Part shown: positions 41,452 through 50,627 of the stretch, piece by piece
How the letters are laid out: every line of letters starts with the position of its first letter
Numbering within the stretch: position 1 is the first letter of the stretch
Assembly (NCBI GenBank): GCA_947626925.1
Contig: CANQTU010000001.1
Coordinates: 2,714-66,713 of the forward strand
DNA: 64,000 bases
Reading direction: 5' to 3'
Source: an uncultured Clostridia bacterium
GTDB taxonomy: Bacteria > Bacillota > Clostridia > TANB77 > CAG-508
Translations under genes and position numbers: made by a program
Notes under the pieces: model-generated
Told to the model about the DNA's origin: nothing
Seen by the model: only the letters and a program-made list of their open reading frames with translations
The model's database searches: none

Positions 41452-42477
41452 TTAATATAAATAATTTTGTGGGTTGTATGCAACTCCATTTACTCTTATT
41501 TCTAAGTGTAAATGTGGTCCAGTTGAATTTCCTGTTGAACCTACTGCTGCAATGGTTTGTCCTTGTGATACTTGTGTGCCTGCAGATACATATAATTTAC
41601 TGCAATGTCCATAGTATGTTTGAACTCCATTACCGTGTGTTATTACTATCATATTTCCATAAGAACCTTTATAACCTGAAAATGTAACTGTTCCTGATGC
41701 TGCTGCAAGTATTGGTGTACCTGCTGCTGTTGCTATATCTAGTCCTGTATGTGATGACCTTCTTATAGCACTTCCTGCTCCAAATCTTGATGAAATTGTT
41801 CCTGATACTGGTCTAATTAGTGAAATACCTAAATTTGCTTTACCTGATGATGTAGTTAATGCTGTATTAACACTTCCTGTTGCTGCATATTTAGTTGAAC
41901 TTTTTTTAGCTAATGTTGGAGCTTTTTGTGGCTCTACATATAATTTTGAAATGGCATCTTCTGATGTACTAATTTCTCCAAGATTTTGCTCATATTTTTC
42001 TACAATTGATATTTTTTCAAGGTTTGAACTATTTTTTTCTTTTAATCCATTTACGACTTTTTCTGCTTCTTCAAAGTTAGAAACATATGCTTTTTCTTCT
42101 TGTCCATCTGATACAGCATAATAACGATAGTATGGAACTCCTTCTTCTTTTACTTTATTAAAAATTTCATCATCATTTGTAATAACATTCTTTTTTAACA
42201 AGCATAGTTTATAACTTGGGAGATTTTCCACTTGTACAAATGCTACATTGTTACTTCCTTCATCTCCATTTTCTATATAATCATTGATTTTATGTTGTAA
42301 TTGTGCTTTAGTTGCTGTATACCCTACTTCTTCACCATTAATATAAACACTATATGTAGGTTTATACAAATATGCAATAGCACCTATGATTAAAAAGGTT
42401 GAAATCATAAAAAGAACTATAAATTTAACGCTTCTTTTAGTATGTATCATGACTTTTTTAAACATTTCTAAAATCAA
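41452..42477 (-). CDS. M23/LytM-family metallopeptidase with N-terminal membrane anchor
   Basis: C-terminal HTGLDIA...GSTGNSTGPHLHLEIRVNG motifs and an N-terminal TM segment FIVLFMISTFLIIGAIAYL. Confidence 0.85.
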   Translation of the reverse strand: MILEMFKKVMIHTKRSVKFIVLFMISTFLIIGAIAYLYKPTYSVYINGEEVGYTATKAQLQHKINDYIENGDEGSNNVAFVQVENLPSYKLCLLKKNVITNDDEIFNKVKEEGVPYYRYYAVSDGQEEKAYVSNFEEAEKVVNGLKEKNSSNLEKISIVEKYEQNLGEISTSEDAISKLYVEPQKAPTLAKKSSTKYAATGSVNTALTTSSGKANLGISLIRPVSGTISSRFGAGSAIRRSSHTGLDIATAAGTPILAAASGTVTFSGYKGSYGNMIVITHGNGVQTYYGHCSKLYVSAGTQVSQGQTIAAVGSTGNSTGPHLHLEIRVNGVAYNPQNYLY

Positions 42478-42639
42478 TCTCCTTTGTATCTTATTACTTT
42501 TTTTCTACATTAATTACATTGTAATATTATTGTAATATTTTGTTTTTTGCAAAGAGATTGTTTACTCATTTTCCGTAAGTTTATTTCTTTTTTTTCTCTT
42601 TATCTTGTTTTTTTTTCATTTATCTCTTCTTTTCATTTT

Positions 42640-42676
42640 ATGTGCAATTGGGGACGTTTCTTTTTGCACATTTTTG
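42640..42676 (+). repeat. 37-bp repeat X, copy 1 (atgtgcaattggggacgtttctttttgcacatttttg)
   Basis: 37/37 identical to the reverse complement of 45982-46018. It contains a 9-bp dyad aatgtgcaa/ttgcacatt followed by TTTTT. Confidence 0.9.
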
Positions 42677-42729
42677 CCCGTTCTGGGACAGGCACGAGTT
42701 TACATTTTCTGCCGGTTTTGGGACAGGTC
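42677..42729 (+). repeat. GGGACAGG double-hairpin module, diverged copy M1
   Basis: cccgttctgggacaggcacgagtttacattttctgccggttttgggacaggtc. It is related to M2 (42929-42985, inverted) and M3 (59541-59600). Confidence 0.8.
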
Positions 42730-42746
42730 TTTAAAATAAAATTCTA

Positions 42747-42904
42747 AATCTGTTATCTATTATTTTAGAGATATCAACGAATGTGAGTAAATCTTTTTAG
42801 AAATTATTAATCAATTTTATGGAAAGAGTTCGCATTCATCCGCAGAAGGGTGCCATAAAATCGAGAAACCGAGTTGTATCTATAAAAATAATAAATAACA
42901 GATT
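42747..42904. repeat. inner imperfect inverted repeat (aatctgttatctattatttt / aaaataataaataacagatt) enclosing a ~118-nt core with a further hairpin (ttttatgg-N30-ccataaaa)
   Basis: Arms 42747-42766 and 42885-42904 match at 19/20 positions. The repeat is nested inside the inverted M1/M2 modules. Confidence 0.75.
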
Positions 42905-42928
42905 ATTAACTTTATTCAAATAAGTCTG

Positions 42929-42985
42929 ACCTGTCCCAAAAAGGGACAAAATGGGTACACTTGTGCCTGTCCCAAAACAGGACAC
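42929..42985 (-). repeat. GGGACAGG double-hairpin module, copy M2
   Basis: 42929-42974 is 46/46 identical to the reverse complement of 59554-59599. It abuts the stop codon of the CotF-like gene at 42986. Confidence 0.9.
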
Positions 42986-43231
42986 CTAGTTGCTTAATTC
43001 TGTTTTTACTGTGCTAATTTCTGTTGTTGTAGCTTTTTGTGCTGGCACATAGTATCCTTTTGTTTGTGCTATTTTAAATAATTCGTATTGGAAGCTTTCG
43101 TCATTGTTTCTAATTTGTTGAAAGGTTTGTCTTAATTGCATATTTTCTGATTCTGATATTGCTGTTTGATATGCTGTTAGGTCTGCTTTTACACTTCCTA
43201 AAATGTCGTTTACCATTGTTTTTTCATCCAT
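42986..43231 (-). CDS. spore coat protein, CotF-like (Coat_F domain), 81 aa
   Basis: NDILGSVKADLTAYQTAISESENMQLRQTFQQIRNNDESFQYELFKIAQTKGYYVPAQ matches the Coat_F pattern. Confidence 0.7.
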   Translation of the reverse strand: MDEKTMVNDILGSVKADLTAYQTAISESENMQLRQTFQQIRNNDESFQYELFKIAQTKGYYVPAQKATTTEISTVKTELSN

Positions 43232-43255
43232 TTTTCTTTTCCTCCTTTTTGTTTT

Positions 43256-43444
43256 CTAGTTGTTTAAAAATGTCATTAATTTTTGTTTTGTGTTTAACGC
43301 ATCTTGTGCGGATTTAGCAAATATTTGCTTTATTTGTGGGTCAACTGCTTGTGATGAATAAGTATTTAACTTTTGATAGGCTGTTTCATGTGCGCCTATT
43401 AGATGTCTTAGATGTTGTAATTCGATTTGATTTAAATCTGCCAT
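43256..43444 (-). CDS. small spore-coat-associated protein (partner of the CotF-like gene); start taken at MADLNQ behind AAAGGAAGG
   Basis: 62-aa helical ORF MADLNQIELQHLRHLIGAHETAYQKLNTYSSQAVDPQIKQIF... directly upstream of the CotF-like gene. Confidence 0.55.
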   Translation of the reverse strand: MADLNQIELQHLRHLIGAHETAYQKLNTYSSQAVDPQIKQIFAKSAQDALNTKQKLMTFLNN

Positions 43445-43570
43445 TTTATTCCTTCCTTTCATTGTATTATTCTTTTTTATTATTTCCAGAAATTCTTTTT
43501 TTATACATTTTTATTATATTGAAAAAAACACAATTTAAAGTGTTACTACTTTTAAATTGTGTTTTTATTT

Positions 43571-45877
43571 TTAAATTATTTCTAAGTTTGCATATTTTGC
43601 CATTAATCGCTTATGACCGGCTTTGTCAAAATTGATGTCTACTTTTAGATCTTCTCCTTCTGGTTCTACTAAATTTATGGTTCCTTCTCCAAATTTTTTG
43701 TGGAATACTCTTACCCCTGGTTCATATTTCGAGAAGTCTACCATTTTTGCAGTAGTTGATTTTTTTCCTAAATTATTTAAGAAACTTTCTGCTGTTCTAA
43801 ATGCAAAGTTATTACTGCTTTTTGTTGCCATAATTGGCTCTTGTTTGTTAACTTTATAACTTTTTATAGAACTATTATTTTTATTTCCATAGTTCCATGT
43901 ATATGAAGAGTCTTTGAACATTTCTTCTTTGTTTGATGTTTGCCCAAATGCTTCTTCATAACCTTCTAATAATTCTGGTGGTATTTCTTCTAAGAATCTA
44001 GAAACAGGGTTGTAACTTGTTGAACCAAATATTGTTCTTTGTTTACTACATGTTAAGAATAAGTTTTCTTTTGCTCTTGTAATTCCTACATAGCATAGTC
44101 TTCTTTCTTCTTCTAATTCTTTTGGTTCCATCATTGATTGATATCCTGGGAAAATTCCTTCTTCCATTCCCACTAAAAATACTACTGGAAATTCTAGCCC
44201 TTTTGCACTGTGTAATGTCATAAGTGTTACTGATTCTTCTTCCTCTTCCATATTGTCTAAGTCACTAGATAGTGTTATTCCTTCTAAGAATTCACTTAAA
44301 GAGTTTTCGGCAAATTCTTCTTCAAATTCTATTGCAACTGTTAAAAATTCTTCTAAGTTTGCAATTCTATTTTCCGCTTCCATTGTTTTTTCTTGCTCAA
44401 GTGCTTGAGTATAACCAGTTTTTTTCAAGGTTAATTTAATTAATTCTGATATAGTTAGATTTTCTGCCTTATTTTTTAATTCTTCAATGACATTGATAAA
44501 TTCTCTTGAGTTTAGATATACTCTGTTTAACCCATATTCATCTGCTTTTTTAATAACTTCGTACATAGATGTTTCGTTGGTTATGGCTAGTTGCTCTATT
44601 TTGTCTAAACTTGTTTTTCCAATTCCTCTTTTTGGCTCGTTAATTATTCTTTTTAAACTTAAATTGTCTGCATTGTTTTGAATAAGCCTTAAATATGCAA
44701 TTATGTCTTTTATTTCTTTTCTTTCATAAAATTTTAAGCCACCCACAATTTTATATGGTATGTTTTCTCGCCTTAATATATCTTCAATTGCTCTAGATTG
44801 TGTATTCATTCTGTATAAAATAGTAAAATCTGAATATTTGTAATATTCTTCTCTTTTTAAATGTTCAATTTGTTCTACAATATAAGCACCTTCGTCATAT
44901 TCGTTGTCTGCTTGATACACGTGTGGCAAGCTTCCTTCATCATTTTGTGTCCATAATTCTTTTTTATATTTTACTTCATTATTTTTAATGACACTATTTG
45001 CTGCTTTTAATATATTTTGAGTGCAACGATAATTTTGCTCTAGCTTGATTATTTTTGTGCCTGGAAAATCTCTTTCAAAATTTAAAATGTTTGAAATGTC
45101 TGCACCTCTAAAAGAATATATCCCTTGGTCGTTATCGCCCACTACCGTAATGTTTCCGTGTTTAGATGCAAATAAAGTTATTAAGGTAAATTGTGCTTTG
45201 TTTGTGTCTTGATATTCGTCAACTAAAACATATTTAAATTTGTTTGCGTAATATTCTAATATGTCTGGGTTTTCTAGCATAATTTTTATGGTGTAATTTA
45301 TGATGTCATCAAAATCTATTGCATTATTTTCTTTTAATCTTTTTTGGTATAGAGTATAAATTTCTGCTATTTTTTCTTTGCGGAAGTCTCCTGTTGCTCT
45401 AATTGTATATTGTTCTGGCTCTAACATTTCATTTTTTGCATTACTTATTTCTGATAACACACTTCTGTCTGTAAATAGTTTGTCATCTACTGCTAAGTCT
45501 TTTAAACATGCTTTTATTAGTGTTCTTTGGTCAGATGTGTCAAATATGATAAATGAACTGTCAAATCCAATTCTATCTATAAATCTTCTTAGTATTCTTA
45601 CACAAATGGAGTGAAAAGTGCCCATCCAAATGTCTTTGGCTGGGTCCCCAATTAAATCTACAATTCTTTCTTTCATTTCGTTTGCAGCTTTGTTTGTAAA
45701 TGTTATTGCTATGATGTCCCATGGTTTTACATTTTTTTCTCCAATTAAATATGCTATTTTATGTGTTAATACTTTTGTTTTTCCACTTCCTGCTCCTGCA
45801 ATTACTAAGCATGGCCCTTCGGTATTTACTACTGCTTCGTGCTGTTTGTTGTTTAATCCTTTTAATATATCTTGCAT
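43571..45877 (-). CDS. pcrA: ATP-dependent DNA helicase PcrA (UvrD family)
   Basis: LVIAGAGSGKTKVLT Walker A, VLVDEYQDTN, and VTLMTLHSAKGLEFPVVF...RRLCYVGITRAK; 768 aa. Confidence 0.9.
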   Translation of the reverse strand: MQDILKGLNNKQHEAVVNTEGPCLVIAGAGSGKTKVLTHKIAYLIGEKNVKPWDIIAITFTNKAANEMKERIVDLIGDPAKDIWMGTFHSICVRILRRFIDRIGFDSSFIIFDTSDQRTLIKACLKDLAVDDKLFTDRSVLSEISNAKNEMLEPEQYTIRATGDFRKEKIAEIYTLYQKRLKENNAIDFDDIINYTIKIMLENPDILEYYANKFKYVLVDEYQDTNKAQFTLITLFASKHGNITVVGDNDQGIYSFRGADISNILNFERDFPGTKIIKLEQNYRCTQNILKAANSVIKNNEVKYKKELWTQNDEGSLPHVYQADNEYDEGAYIVEQIEHLKREEYYKYSDFTILYRMNTQSRAIEDILRRENIPYKIVGGLKFYERKEIKDIIAYLRLIQNNADNLSLKRIINEPKRGIGKTSLDKIEQLAITNETSMYEVIKKADEYGLNRVYLNSREFINVIEELKNKAENLTISELIKLTLKKTGYTQALEQEKTMEAENRIANLEEFLTVAIEFEEEFAENSLSEFLEGITLSSDLDNMEEEEESVTLMTLHSAKGLEFPVVFLVGMEEGIFPGYQSMMEPKELEEERRLCYVGITRAKENLFLTCSKQRTIFGSTSYNPVSRFLEEIPPELLEGYEEAFGQTSNKEEMFKDSSYTWNYGNKNNSSIKSYKVNKQEPIMATKSSNNFAFRTAESFLNNLGKKSTTAKMVDFSKYEPGVRVFHKKFGEGTINLVEPEGEDLKVDINFDKAGHKRLMAKYANLEII

Positions 45878-45981
45878 TTATTTTTCCTTTCTTTTTTCAA
45901 ATATGTGTTTGTATTTTACTATATATATTTTCAAAAATCAAGTGGTTTTTAATTTTTATTAAAGATGTGTCCCCAACTGCA

Positions 45982-46018
45982 CAAAAATGTGCAAAAAGAA
46001 ACGTCCCCAATTGCACAT
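45982..46018 (-). repeat. 37-bp repeat X, copy 2, plus an adjacent extra half-unit at 45967-45981
   Basis: Exact reverse complement of 42640-42676. It begins at the frame-corrected stop codon of the ZIP gene. Confidence 0.9.
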
Positions 46019-46762
46019 TATAGTTTTGTTGCGAATATTCCTATTATGAAACCTATCATGTTTCCGCAATGCTGTCATTCGCCCATGGTATAACTTGTTT
46101 GATTCTGGTACTAACTCTCCAGATACTATGTATAGCATTGCTCCGGCTGCAAAGCTTAAGCAGATTGCTATTATTTCTTGTGAGATTGAGCCTACTATTG
46201 CTCCAAAGAATGCTCCTATTCCTGTTGTTATTCCTGATAATACTACATAGAAGATTATTTTTCCTTTTTGCATTCCTCCGTGTTTCATTGGTACTGCCAT
46301 TGATATTCCTTCTGGTATGTCATGTAAGCAAATTGCTAATGCTAGGCTTAGACCTAATTTCATAGATGCTTCAAATCCAGACCCTATTGCTAATCCTTCT
46401 GGAAAATTGTGTATTGCAAGTCCTATGGATACTATTATTCCAGTTTTTAATAAACTATTTGTGTTTTTATTTGCCATTGCACTGTTGCTAAATTTCTTTT
46501 CTACTAATAAATCGCAAAATATCATGGCTATAATACCAACAATAATTCCTATTATTGTATTTAAAATACTACTTATTCCTAGTGCCTCTGGTATTAAATC
46601 AAAACATATTACTGCCATCATTAGTCCTGATGCAAATGCTAGAATAAAACTTAGAAATTTATTTGAGTTCTTTTTTAAAATTACACCTATTATTCCTCCT
46701 AAAGTAGTACCAAATGTCCCAAAAAATAAACCTAAAAGGGTTGTTTTTAATATTTCATTCAA
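46018..46762 (-). CDS. ZIP-family divalent metal transporter (ZupT/GufA-like); the native C-terminus needs a +1 shift at CGG 46064-46066 (the uncorrected ORF runs on to 45959 through repeat X)
   Basis: Multi-TM protein with HNFPEGLAIG and HDIPEGI motifs. Zero frame after ...GRMTAL-CGG gives basic nonsense (KHDRFHNRNIRNKT..). The +1 frame gives GNMIGFIIGIFATKL*, a proper last TM helix. Confidence 0.8.
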
Positions 46763-46878
46763 AATCCAAATTCTCCTTCCTTTTCCTTTTTACTAGTTTA
46801 TTTTTAGAAGTTTTTGTTTATTCGTTATCTTCATTTTTTATTGAAATTCATATTTTATTATTAGAGCATTAAATAATA

Positions 46879-46907
46879 TTGACTTTCTTCGACAATTCTT
46901 GTAAAAT
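46879..46907 (+). promoter_or_regulatory. candidate sigma-A promoter for mscL (TTGACT-17 nt-TAAAAT)
   Basis: ttgactttcttcgacaattcttgtaaaat lies about 80 nt upstream of the mscL ATG. Confidence 0.45.
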
Positions 46908-46986
46908 TTTATATGAATACTAATTAGAAGCATTGATATGAAGAATTTAAAAGAAAATCTTCAAAATTTAAATAGGAGTTGATAAA

Positions 46987-47475
46987 ATGTTAAAAGAATT
47001 TAAAGAATTTGCTACAAAAGGAAATATTTTTGATATGGCAATAGGTGTAATTATTGGTGGTGCTTTTCAAAAAATAGTAACTTCTCTTGTTAATGATATT
47101 ATTATGCCATTTATTGCAGTTTTTACTGGAAAAGTTACTTTTGATGATTTAACTTTAACTATAGGTAATTCTTCTATAAAATATGGTTCTTTTATTACAA
47201 CAATAGTTGATTTCTTAATTATTTCTTTTTCTATTTTTATTGCAATTAGAACTTTTAACAAGTTAAATAATAAAACTAAAGAAAATCTTCACAAATTAGC
47301 CAAAAAAGTAGAGGCTATTGAAAATGCTGAAGATACCGAAAATTCTGATGAAAATATTGAAACAAAATCTGAACTTACTACTAAGCTATGTCCTTATTGC
47401 TATTCTGAAATTAATATTAATGCTACAAGATGTCCACATTGTACATCTTTATTGGAAGAAAAGACGGTTGTATAA
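46987..47475 (+). CDS. mscL: large-conductance mechanosensitive channel MscL with C-terminal CxxC...CxxC zinc-ribbon-like tail
   Basis: [43 protein letters not shown] is the canonical MscL N-terminus. The tail reads [18 protein letters not shown]. Confidence 0.88.
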   Translation: MLKEFKEFATKGNIFDMAIGVIIGGAFQKIVTSLVNDIIMPFIAVFTGKVTFDDLTLTIGNSSIKYGSFITTIVDFLIISFSIFIAIRTFNKLNNKTKENLHKLAKKVEAIENAEDTENSDENIETKSELTTKLCPYCYSEININATRCPHCTSLLEEKTVV

Positions 47476-47492
47476 ACAACCGCCTTTTTTTT
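47465..47492 (+). terminator. rho-independent terminator of mscL (cggttgt-ataa-acaaccg + T8)
   Basis: 7-bp stem overlapping the stop codon, followed by tttttttt. Confidence 0.7.
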
Positions 47493-47529
47493 ATTAAGTT
47501 TAGTTTATTAAATTTCTAACCCGTTTTCC

Positions 47530-48588
47530 TTATTCCTCGCCTTTTAAACGTTCTGCTCTATCTGCAGCAATTAAATTATCTATCATTTCATCAATGTCAC
47601 CATTTAAGAAATTTTCCATTTGAAAAATACTCATTCCTATTCTATGGTCTGTAATTCTTCCTTGTGGGTAATTATATGTTCTTATTTTTTCGCTTCTATC
47701 TCCAGAGCCTACTTGTGTTTTCCTGCTATTTGCTATTTCGCTGTCTTGTTTTTCTTTTTCAATTTCATATAATTTTGTTCTTAACATTTTCATTGCATTG
47801 TCTTTATTTTGGAATTGTGATCTTTCTGTTTGACATTCTACTACTATTCCTGTTGGCTCGTGGATAAGTCTTACAGCAGAAGATGTTTTATTAATATGTT
47901 GTCCACCAGCTCCTGAAGCTCTAAATACTTCCATTTTAATATCAGAAGGATTAATTTCTATTTCAACATCTTCTACTACTGGCAACACAGCAACAGTTGC
48001 TGTTGAAGTATGAATTCTTCCACTACTTTCTGTATCTGGTACTCTTTGCACTCTGTGTACTCCACTTTCAAACTTTAATCTACTATAAACTCCTTTTCCT
48101 GTTATCATGAAAGAAATTTCTTTATAACCACCTAATCCTGTTTCATTTTCATTTAACACTTCTAGTTTCCAGTGCTTTTTTTCTGCATACATAGTATACA
48201 TTCTAAATAAAGTACCTGCAAATAATGCTGCTTCTTCTCCTCCAGCACCTGCTCTAATTTCACACATAATGTTTTTATCATCATCTGGATCTTTTGGAAT
48301 TAGCAAAATTTTTAATTCTTCCTCTATTTTTGGTAAATTTTCTTTTGCTTCATAATATTCTGACTCTGCCAATTCTTTCATTTCTGGGTCTTGCATTAAT
48401 TCCTCTGCTTCATCCATATTTTCTTTTATTTTTTTATACTCTCTAAATTTTAGTACAACTTCTTCAATACTAGCATGCTCTTTCATTAATTTTTGCCATT
48501 CTGATTGATTTGCTATTATCTCTGGGTCAGCTATTAATTTTGTTAATTCCTCATACCTTTTCTCTACAGCTTCTAACTTTTCAAACAT
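47530..48588 (-). CDS. prfA: peptide chain release factor 1
   Basis: [17 protein letters not shown] (PxT-type recognition loop) and [10 protein letters not shown] (GGQ); 352 aa. Confidence 0.9.
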   Translation of the reverse strand: MFEKLEAVEKRYEELTKLIADPEIIANQSEWQKLMKEHASIEEVVLKFREYKKIKENMDEAEELMQDPEMKELAESEYYEAKENLPKIEEELKILLIPKDPDDDKNIMCEIRAGAGGEEAALFAGTLFRMYTMYAEKKHWKLEVLNENETGLGGYKEISFMITGKGVYSRLKFESGVHRVQRVPDTESSGRIHTSTATVAVLPVVEDVEIEINPSDIKMEVFRASGAGGQHINKTSSAVRLIHEPTGIVVECQTERSQFQNKDNAMKMLRTKLYEIEKEKQDSEIANSRKTQVGSGDRSEKIRTYNYPQGRITDHRIGMSIFQMENFLNGDIDEMIDNLIAADRAERLKGEE

Positions 48589-48701
48589 AAAAACTCCCCT
48601 CTTTCAAATTTGCTTTATGAATTATACTACAATTTATCAAAATAATCAACTAAATAAAAAAAGAGATGTAATTAAAGTTTGTCCCTAATTACATCTGTAC
48701 A

Positions 48702-50603
48702 TTATAATTTTATAAAATTATATTCAATATCTAATTCGTCTAAAATTTCTTTTTCTCTATTTGTACATGTTAAAAATATTATTTGATGATTGCTGAATCT
48801 TTCGCTTATATATTTTAAAATATTTTTTAATCGTTCTGTATCATAATAGGCAAATACTTCATCTAAGATTATTGGCATTTTTTCTTGTGATAATTCTTCG
48901 ACCATTGATAGTCTTAATGATAAATATAATTGGTCTATTGTTCCTATACTTAGCCTTGATACTGGTATGTAATTTCCATTTTCTAACTCTACAAGTAACC
49001 CTTTTTCATCATTAAAGTTTATGTTACTATATTTTTGGTTTGTAATTTGTGCTATGCTTTGAGACAGTTTTTCTGAAAACTTAGGGGTTACTGTGTTTTT
49101 CATTTCTTCATAGCTATTATTTAAAATTTCTTTTGCAAGGTTTATGCTTTGCTCTAGTTTTTTTATGTTTACCATTTTTTCTTTTTCGTTAACTAACTTT
49201 TCTTCAATTTTTGATAAACTTTCTAATTTTGGTTCTATATTTTTGTTGTCAAATTCTAATGCATGTAATTCAATTTTTTTATTTGATAATTTATTTTCTG
49301 TATTTTGTATTTCTAAATTTATATTTTTTAATTCTGATAAATAATTTATTTTATTTTTTTCAATTTTATTCAAATAATTATTTTTTATTTTTAAATTAAA
49401 ATTATTTTTTAATTCGTCTATTTCTTTTTTTAATTCAATATTATTTTTTTCTATAAAATTTATTTCTTGTATTAAATTATTTATTTCTGAATTTTCTTTT
49501 TCTAAGTCTTTTTTATTTTTTAATTCTTTATTTTTTATTTTATTTTTAAAAAATAAGTAAAAAATTAAAACCACTGGTACTGTAAGAAGTAATAAATAAT
49601 TTAATATTTTATTTTTTATAAAAATAAATTGTAAAATATTAATTAATATAATTATAAATAATATAATTAATATTATTTTATTTAATTTATTTTTTTCTGA
49701 ATTTATTTTTTTATTTTGTTTATTTTCATTTTTATTTTTTGAATTTATTTCATTTATTTTATTTTTTATTGAATTTATTTTTTCATCATTTTGATTTTTT
49801 AAATTTATTTTTAAATTTATTTTTTCATTTTCTATTTTTTCATTTTCATTTATTAATTTTATTTCTCTTAAATAATTATTTTCATTTTCTAAATTTTTAA
49901 TTTCTTTTTCTAGATTTTTTTTCTTTTCTTCTATTTCATATTTTAAATTTTGATACTCTTCTAATTCTTGTTTTTCTGCTTCTAATTCTTTAATATTTTT
50001 TCCAATTAGGTTAATTGGCTTTTCCCTAGAGCGTTCAGTTCCTATTTCTTCTAATTTACGTCTTTCTATCCTGTCTATTGCTCTTTTAAATGATACTTTA
50101 TCTTCTCCGGTACCTACTAAATTTGCTATTTTTTGTATTAATATATTTTGTTCCTGATTTTCTAATTTTACTTCTTCTTGATTTACTAAAATTGTAGAAG
50201 TAAATAATGTATCATCTATTTTTGTTTGTTCATAAAAAAATTCATTTCCTTTATTTTTATCTATATTAAATTCTTTTGAGATGTCTTCCATTTTTTCATT
50301 AAATATTTTTGGATTTTTCTTTTTAAAGTCTCTAAATATTTCGTATTTTTCTTTATTATCTAATTCATATGATAATTTTCCGGAAAATTCTTCTCCTACC
50401 CATGGTTTGTATTTATCAAAGTCCGATATTTCTTTTCCTTTTTTATTTTTTGAAATTCCATAAAAACTACTAAATATAAAATTTAATAGTGTTGATTTCC
50501 CAGCTTCGTTATTACCTTGAATAATATTTATATTATTTTTTAATTCAATTTCTTTATTTTTTAATTTTCCATATGAATTTATTTTTATTTTATTTATTTT
50601 CAA
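48702..50603 (-). CDS. YhaN-like AAA/SMC-type ATPase with central coiled coil and two TM helices
   Basis: GNNEAGKSTLLNFI Walker A and C-terminal LSIGTIDQLYLSLRL...PIILDEVFAYYD. The middle is extremely Lys/Asn/Ile-rich. Paired with the upstream metallophosphoesterase. Confidence 0.75.
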   Translation of the reverse strand: MKINKIKINSYGKLKNKEIELKNNINIIQGNNEAGKSTLLNFIFSSFYGISKNKKGKEISDFDKYKPWVGEEFSGKLSYELDNKEKYEIFRDFKKKNPKIFNEKMEDISKEFNIDKNKGNEFFYEQTKIDDTLFTSTILVNQEEVKLENQEQNILIQKIANLVGTGEDKVSFKRAIDRIERRKLEEIGTERSREKPINLIGKNIKELEAEKQELEEYQNLKYEIEEKKKNLEKEIKNLENENNYLREIKLINENEKIENEKINLKINLKNQNDEKINSIKNKINEINSKNKNENKQNKKINSEKNKLNKIILIILFIIILINILQFIFIKNKILNYLLLLTVPVVLIFYLFFKNKIKNKELKNKKDLEKENSEINNLIQEINFIEKNNIELKKEIDELKNNFNLKIKNNYLNKIEKNKINYLSELKNINLEIQNTENKLSNKKIELHALEFDNKNIEPKLESLSKIEEKLVNEKEKMVNIKKLEQSINLAKEILNNSYEEMKNTVTPKFSEKLSQSIAQITNQKYSNINFNDEKGLLVELENGNYIPVSRLSIGTIDQLYLSLRLSMVEELSQEKMPIILDEVFAYYDTERLKNILKYISERFSNHQIIFLTCTNREKEILDELDIEYNFIKL

Positions 50604-50627
50604 AGGTTTTCTCCTTTCGTAAGTTTA

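Noticed and set aside
42547-42747. Track ORF (+, 66 aa) MQRDCLLIF...MCNWGRFFLHIFARSGTGTS
   Set aside because: It is a read-through of intergenic repeats X and M1. The same peptide string appears at the frameshifted ZIP tail, showing it is repeat DNA and not a conserved protein.
49380-49900. Highly repetitive AT-rich stretch that looks like a tandem repeat or CRISPR-like array
   Set aside because: It is in frame inside the YhaN-like ATPase and encodes a Lys/Asn/Ile/Glu-rich coiled coil and two TM helices. It has no regular repeat-spacer periodicity.
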